Shown here in pieces: positions 60,254-64,000 of a stretch of DNA of 64,000 nt. The DNA comes from Bacilli bacterium (GTDB lineage: Bacteria; Bacillota_I; Bacilli_A; RFN20; CAG-826). The stretch covers positions 2,670-66,669 of the forward strand of contig JAQWCH010000005.1 of the NCBI GenBank assembly GCA_028705995.1, written 5' to 3'. Made by a program: the position numbers and the translations under genes. Position 1 is the first letter of the stretch. Each line of letters opens with the position of its first letter. The notes under the pieces were generated by a model. It searched no databases, was not told the DNA's origin, and saw only the letters and a list, made by a program, of their open reading frames with translations.

Positions 60254-61234
60254 ATGTATATTGGGAATATCAAAATCGATGGCGTTGTCGCGCTTGGGCC
60301 AATGGCCGGAATAACAACTGAAAGTTACCGGCGCTTTATGAAACCCTATGGCGTTGCGCTTTCGTATACAGAAATGATTAGCGATTGCGGAATTATTTAT
60401 CGCAATCAAGAAACATTCACGTATTTACCTTCGAACAAGAGTGATCATCCTGTTGCTCTCCAGCTTTTTGGTAGTAGCAAAGAAACATTACTTCAAGCAC
60501 TTGCAATTATTGAACAAGAACAAGTGCCATACGATATTCTTGATATCAATCTCGGGTGTCCGATGCCAAAAGTTACTAAAAATGGTGGTGGGTCAAGTTG
60601 GCTTACACGTCCCCAAGAATTATTTGAGATGATGAGCCTTTTAGTGAAGAACTCACCGAAACCAGTAACGGCGAAAATTCGTCTTGGGTGGGATGAAAAT
60701 AGTATTAATTTCTTTGAAATAATTCATCGATTAGAAGAGGCTGGTGTTGCTGCAATTGCCCTACATGTGCGGACGCGCGCACAAATGTACTCCGGCTTTG
60801 GCAAATATGAATTAGTTGAGAATTTACGCTCAAAAATGCGAGTCCCTTTAATAATTAGTGGCGATATATTTACGCTCGATGACGCGGTAAAGGCCCGCAA
60901 CATCACCGGTGCAGAAATGGTCATGGTCGCACGTGGTGGCGTCGGTCACCCGCATTTAATACAGCAAATTGATCATTACTATAAGACAGGAGTAAAGTTA
61001 AACGACGCTTCTTTACAAGAACAAATTGTTGCAATGAAACATCTTTTAAAGTTATCGGTTGAAGATCGCGGGGAAAAACGGACACTCAACGAAATGCGCG
61101 GGACACTACCAAAATTTCTTACGGGTTATCCCCACACAAAAAAATATCGTGTCGCGATTACGAGTCAAGCAACTTCAATAATCGACATTGAAAATATTCT
61201 TCTTCAAGTCGAAAAAGATGCGCTTAGTGTATAA
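60254..61234 (+). CDS. dusB: tRNA-dihydrouridine synthase
   Basis: MYIGNIKIDGVVALGPMAGIT, LNLGCP and the FMN-binding TIM-barrel pattern are present. The start is ATG 60254, with ORF-track GTG 60215 as the alternative. Confidence 0.88.
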   Translation: MYIGNIKIDGVVALGPMAGITTESYRRFMKPYGVALSYTEMISDCGIIYRNQETFTYLPSNKSDHPVALQLFGSSKETLLQALAIIEQEQVPYDILDINLGCPMPKVTKNGGGSSWLTRPQELFEMMSLLVKNSPKPVTAKIRLGWDENSINFFEIIHRLEEAGVAAIALHVRTRAQMYSGFGKYELVENLRSKMRVPLIISGDIFTLDDAVKARNITGAEMVMVARGGVGHPHLIQQIDHYYKTGVKLNDASLQEQIVAMKHLLKLSVEDRGEKRTLNEMRGTLPKFLTGYPHTKKYRVAITSQATSIIDIENILLQVEKDALSV

Positions 61235-61281
61235 AAAAGGGCGATAAATGTAGTATAGTTGAATAGATGAGGTAAAAACTG

Positions 61282-62760
61282 ATGGAACGAATTTTAACAG
61301 AACAAGAAATTGTAAGACGTGGCAAAATCAATAAATTAATCGAAGCAGGTATTAAACCATTCGGTAGTCGTTATTTACGGACAGATAGCGCGGAAACAAT
61401 TCGTGCTTATGCACTGGAAAAAGATAAAGAAGAATTAGAAGCAAACCCCCACACGGTTGCCATAGCTGGACGGATAATGTTTATTCGTAAAATGGGGAAA
61501 GCATCGTTTTTTAATATTCAAGATCAAACCGGTAAAATGCAAGCTTTTATTCAACGCGACATTGTTGGTGAGCAAGTTTACGATATTTTTAAATCAGCTG
61601 ACTTGGGTGATATTGTTGGTATTAAAGGCCATATCATGCGCACACAAACAGGCGAAGTTACTGTACGTGTTAGCGAATATACGCACTTAGTAAAAGCATT
61701 AAAACCATTACCAGAAAAATTTCATGGTTTAACAGATATTGAAGAACGTTATCGTCGGCGGTATGTCGACTTGATTATGAATGAAGAGGCCCGGAAAGTT
61801 GCTTTTTTACGTCCAAAAATTATTCGGGCAATTCAAAATTATTTTGATGATCAAGGTTATGTTGAAGTTGAAACACCTGTGCTTCAACCAATTCTTGGTG
61901 GAGCAAACGCCCGGCCTTTTATCACCCACCACAATACTTTGGATCGGGATTTTTATCTGCGCATTGCAACTGAATTACCATTGAAACGTTTAATGGTCGG
62001 TGGGATGGAAAAAGTTTACGAAATTGGGCGCCTTTTTCGTAATGAAGGTATGGATACTCGGCATAATCCGGAGTTTACTACGGTTGAAGCATATTTGGCT
62101 TACGGCGATTTAAATGACATGTTCGACTTAGCCGAGGGGCTCATTCGTTCAGTGGCATTAAAAGTAACCGGATCGACAATGCTACCTTATGGTAATCAAC
62201 AAATTGATGTAGGCCAACCATTTAAACGCGTTCATATGGTTGATGCAATCAAAGAAAAAACCGGAATTGATTTCTGGCAGCATCTAACATTGCAAGAAGC
62301 AATTGACCTTGCTAAAAAACATGATGTTAAATTAGAAAAACACTTTACAATTGGTCACATTATTAATGAATTCTTCGAAACCTTTTGTGAGACCGATTTA
62401 ATACAACCAACATTTGTTTATGGTCATCCAATTGAAGTATCTCCACTCACAAGTAAAAGTGATGATCCCCGGTTTACTTTGCGTTTTGAACTTTATATCA
62501 ACGCATCAGAGATGGCAAACGCCTATACAGAATTAAATGATCCACTTGATCAACGGGACCGGTTTGAAGATCAACTCAAGGCAAAAGAACTTGGCGATGA
62601 AGAAGCAAACGAAATTGATGAAGACTTCTTAGAAGCACTTGAGTATGGAATGCCGCCCGCTGGTGGTATTGGTATTGGCATTGACCGTTTAGTTATGTTA
62701 TTAACAAATCAAGCAAGTATTCGCGAAGTTATTTTATTCCCAACAATGCGCGATCGTTAA
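61282..62760 (+). CDS. lysS: lysyl-tRNA synthetase (class II)
   Basis: 492 aa with an OB anticodon-binding domain and class II motifs (FRNEG, GGIGIGIDRLVM). Confidence 0.97.
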   Translation: MERILTEQEIVRRGKINKLIEAGIKPFGSRYLRTDSAETIRAYALEKDKEELEANPHTVAIAGRIMFIRKMGKASFFNIQDQTGKMQAFIQRDIVGEQVYDIFKSADLGDIVGIKGHIMRTQTGEVTVRVSEYTHLVKALKPLPEKFHGLTDIEERYRRRYVDLIMNEEARKVAFLRPKIIRAIQNYFDDQGYVEVETPVLQPILGGANARPFITHHNTLDRDFYLRIATELPLKRLMVGGMEKVYEIGRLFRNEGMDTRHNPEFTTVEAYLAYGDLNDMFDLAEGLIRSVALKVTGSTMLPYGNQQIDVGQPFKRVHMVDAIKEKTGIDFWQHLTLQEAIDLAKKHDVKLEKHFTIGHIINEFFETFCETDLIQPTFVYGHPIEVSPLTSKSDDPRFTLRFELYINASEMANAYTELNDPLDQRDRFEDQLKAKELGDEEANEIDEDFLEALEYGMPPAGGIGIGIDRLVMLLTNQASIREVILFPTMRDR

Positions 62761-62788
62761 AATTTAAACACTATCGATACTTTATGTG

Positions 62789-62831
62789 ACCGAACATTCT
62801 ATTTGTTAATTAGATAGATGTTCGGTTTTTT
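62789..62831 (+). terminator. rho-independent terminator after lysS
   Basis: ACCGAACATTCTAT...ATAGATGTTCGGT stem (one bulge) followed by TTTTT. Confidence 0.6.
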
Positions 62832-62854
62832 GATTCGCGGGCGCGCTTATATAG

Positions 62855-62883
62855 TTTACAAATAGAAGTATATAATATATAAT
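62855..62883 (+). promoter_or_regulatory. candidate sigma-A promoter of rpsF-ssb-rpsR
   Basis: TTTACA-N17-TATAAT lies 85 nt upstream of the rpsF ATG. Confidence 0.5.
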
Positions 62884-62967
62884 ACGTCCGTTAAGTTACA
62901 CCTTAATAAATTTACTCTCTGCTAGCACACATGTGTTTAGCCGAAGTCCAAAGGGAGGTTCACAGTC

Positions 62968-63255
62968 ATGAAAAAGTACGAAATTATGTACATTTTAACC
63001 GCGAACATCGATGACGAAGCCCGCAAAGCAGTGATGGCCGAAATAAGCCAAATATTGCTTGATCAAGGCGCGCAAGTTACCGACGTTAATGAGTGGGGTC
63101 TTCGTGAGTTCGCTTACGAAATTAAAGATCAAACAAAAGGTTACTATGTTGTCATGAAATTAGCGGCTGAAGTTCAAGCAATCGACGAATTTGATCGTCG
63201 TGCAAAACTCAATGTCAACGTATTACGTCATTTGATCACCGAAGATCACGAATAA
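62968..63255 (+). CDS. rpsF: 30S ribosomal protein S6
   Basis: MKKYEIMYIL... has the S6 pattern. An AAGGGAGG SD is present. Confidence 0.95.
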   Translation: MKKYEIMYILTANIDDEARKAVMAEISQILLDQGAQVTDVNEWGLREFAYEIKDQTKGYYVVMKLAAEVQAIDEFDRRAKLNVNVLRHLITEDHE

Positions 63256-63272
63256 TCTAGGAGGATGCAATC

Positions 63273-63695
63273 ATGATTAATCGAATTATTTTAGTTGGCC
63301 GTCTTACCCGCGACCCAGAAATGCGCAAAACCGCGTCTGGTTTAGTTGTGACCACGTTCACGATTGCTGTTGATAATCGCAGTCGGAGCGGCGGTGAGAA
63401 AAGCGCCAGTTTTATTCCGGTTGTCTGTTGGAATCAATTAGCAGAAAATGTTGCTAAATACACAAGAAAAGGTTCACTTGTTGGCGTTGATGGGCGTTTA
63501 ACTCAACGCACTTACGAACGTCGCGAAGGCGGTCGTGCTCAAGTGTTTGAAGTTATCGCTGATACCGTTCAATTCCTTGAACCAAAAGGTAGCGATAATA
63601 CCTCAGTTGATACCAACGATGATTATTCACAACCTGAAGATGATTCAAGAAATCTCGATTCCATCGATATTGTGGGTAATGATTTACCCTTCTAA
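63273..63695 (+). CDS. ssb: single-stranded DNA-binding protein
   Basis: [16 protein letters not shown] is the OB fold start. The acidic C-terminal tail ends in DLPF. Confidence 0.93.
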   Translation: MINRIILVGRLTRDPEMRKTASGLVVTTFTIAVDNRSRSGGEKSASFIPVVCWNQLAENVAKYTRKGSLVGVDGRLTQRTYERREGGRAQVFEVIADTVQFLEPKGSDNTSVDTNDDYSQPEDDSRNLDSIDIVGNDLPF

Positions 63696-63721
63696 CAACA
63701 CAAGAAAGGTTGAAAAATATT

Positions 63722-63949
63722 ATGGCTTTTAAAAAAATGCGTCCACGCAAAAAGGTTTGCTATTTCACAAAAAATAATGTTAAGTGGATCGATTATAAAG
63801 ATGTCGAACTACTTAAAAAATATATTACTCCAAATGGCAAAATCACCCCACGGCGTGTGACTGGAACAAGTGCAAAATATCAACGGCAATTAGCCCGGGC
63901 GATTAAAAATGCACGTTTCATGGGTCTTCTTCCATATTTTGAAGACTAG
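63722..63949 (+). CDS. rpsR: 30S ribosomal protein S18
   Basis: [63 protein letters not shown]. The start is ATG 63722, with ORF-track TTG 63710 less likely. Confidence 0.93.
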   Translation: MAFKKMRPRKKVCYFTKNNVKWIDYKDVELLKKYITPNGKITPRRVTGTSAKYQRQLARAIKNARFMGLLPYFED

Positions 63950-63968
63950 TAGAAATTTAATTTAAAAA

Positions 63969-63992
63969 AGCCTCGGTGTTGCCGGGGTTTTT
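63969..63992 (+). terminator. rho-independent terminator after rpsR
   Basis: GCCTCGG-TGTTG-CCGGGG followed by TTTTT. Confidence 0.6.
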
Positions 63993-64000
63993 ATATGTAA

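Overview
This window is the replication-origin region of a low-GC (about 36% by eye) Bacillota/Mollicutes-like chromosome. It uses the standard genetic code: TGA acts as a stop at several ATGA gene junctions. The canonical core is present. dnaA-dnaN-yaaA-recF-gyrB-gyrA lies on the minus strand and rpmH-rnpA-yidC-jag-mnmE on the plus strand. DnaA-box clusters sit upstream of dnaA and between dnaA and dnaN. Left of the origin, on the minus strand unless marked (+), are a glycosyltransferase, serS, a short SRP RNA missing from the ORF track, tadA, a fused MacB-type ABC transporter, a P-type ATPase, psuG, a TetR regulator, an alcohol dehydrogenase, an M50-like membrane protein, a second glycosyltransferase, an ECF sigma/anti-sigma/lipoprotein module, mscL (+), degV, tldD-pmbA (+), two unknown ORFs, rpmE and the 5' end of metG. 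Right of the origin (plus strand) is the Bacillus-like housekeeping run tatD-rnmV-rsmA-ispE-glmU ... pth-mfd-yabO-tilS-ftsH-dusB-lysS-rpsF-ssb-rpsR. About 12 kb of mostly opposite-strand genes interrupt this run: ppdK, an FGGY kinase with an AlkP-family protein, two ABC exporters with a TetR regulator, rsuA, a PAP2 phosphatase and a DUF368 protein. I saw no CRISPR array, transposase, integrase, phage gene or recognisable defence system, so the window is mostly ordinary core genome. The most interesting items are listed here. (1) The ECF sigma module carries a shared private promoter motif, and the anti-sigma ectodomain and the lipoprotein may be related. (2) A nearby M50-like protein has a degenerate zinc motif. 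(3) The conserved Mfd N-terminus has no canonical start codon. (4) A DnaA-trio-like tract abuts tandem DnaA boxes. (5) DUF368 and PAP2 form a lipid-carrier recycling pair. (6) Two overlapping ORFs of unknown function lie next to tldD. Several ORF-track starts are over-extended and are corrected in the feature list.
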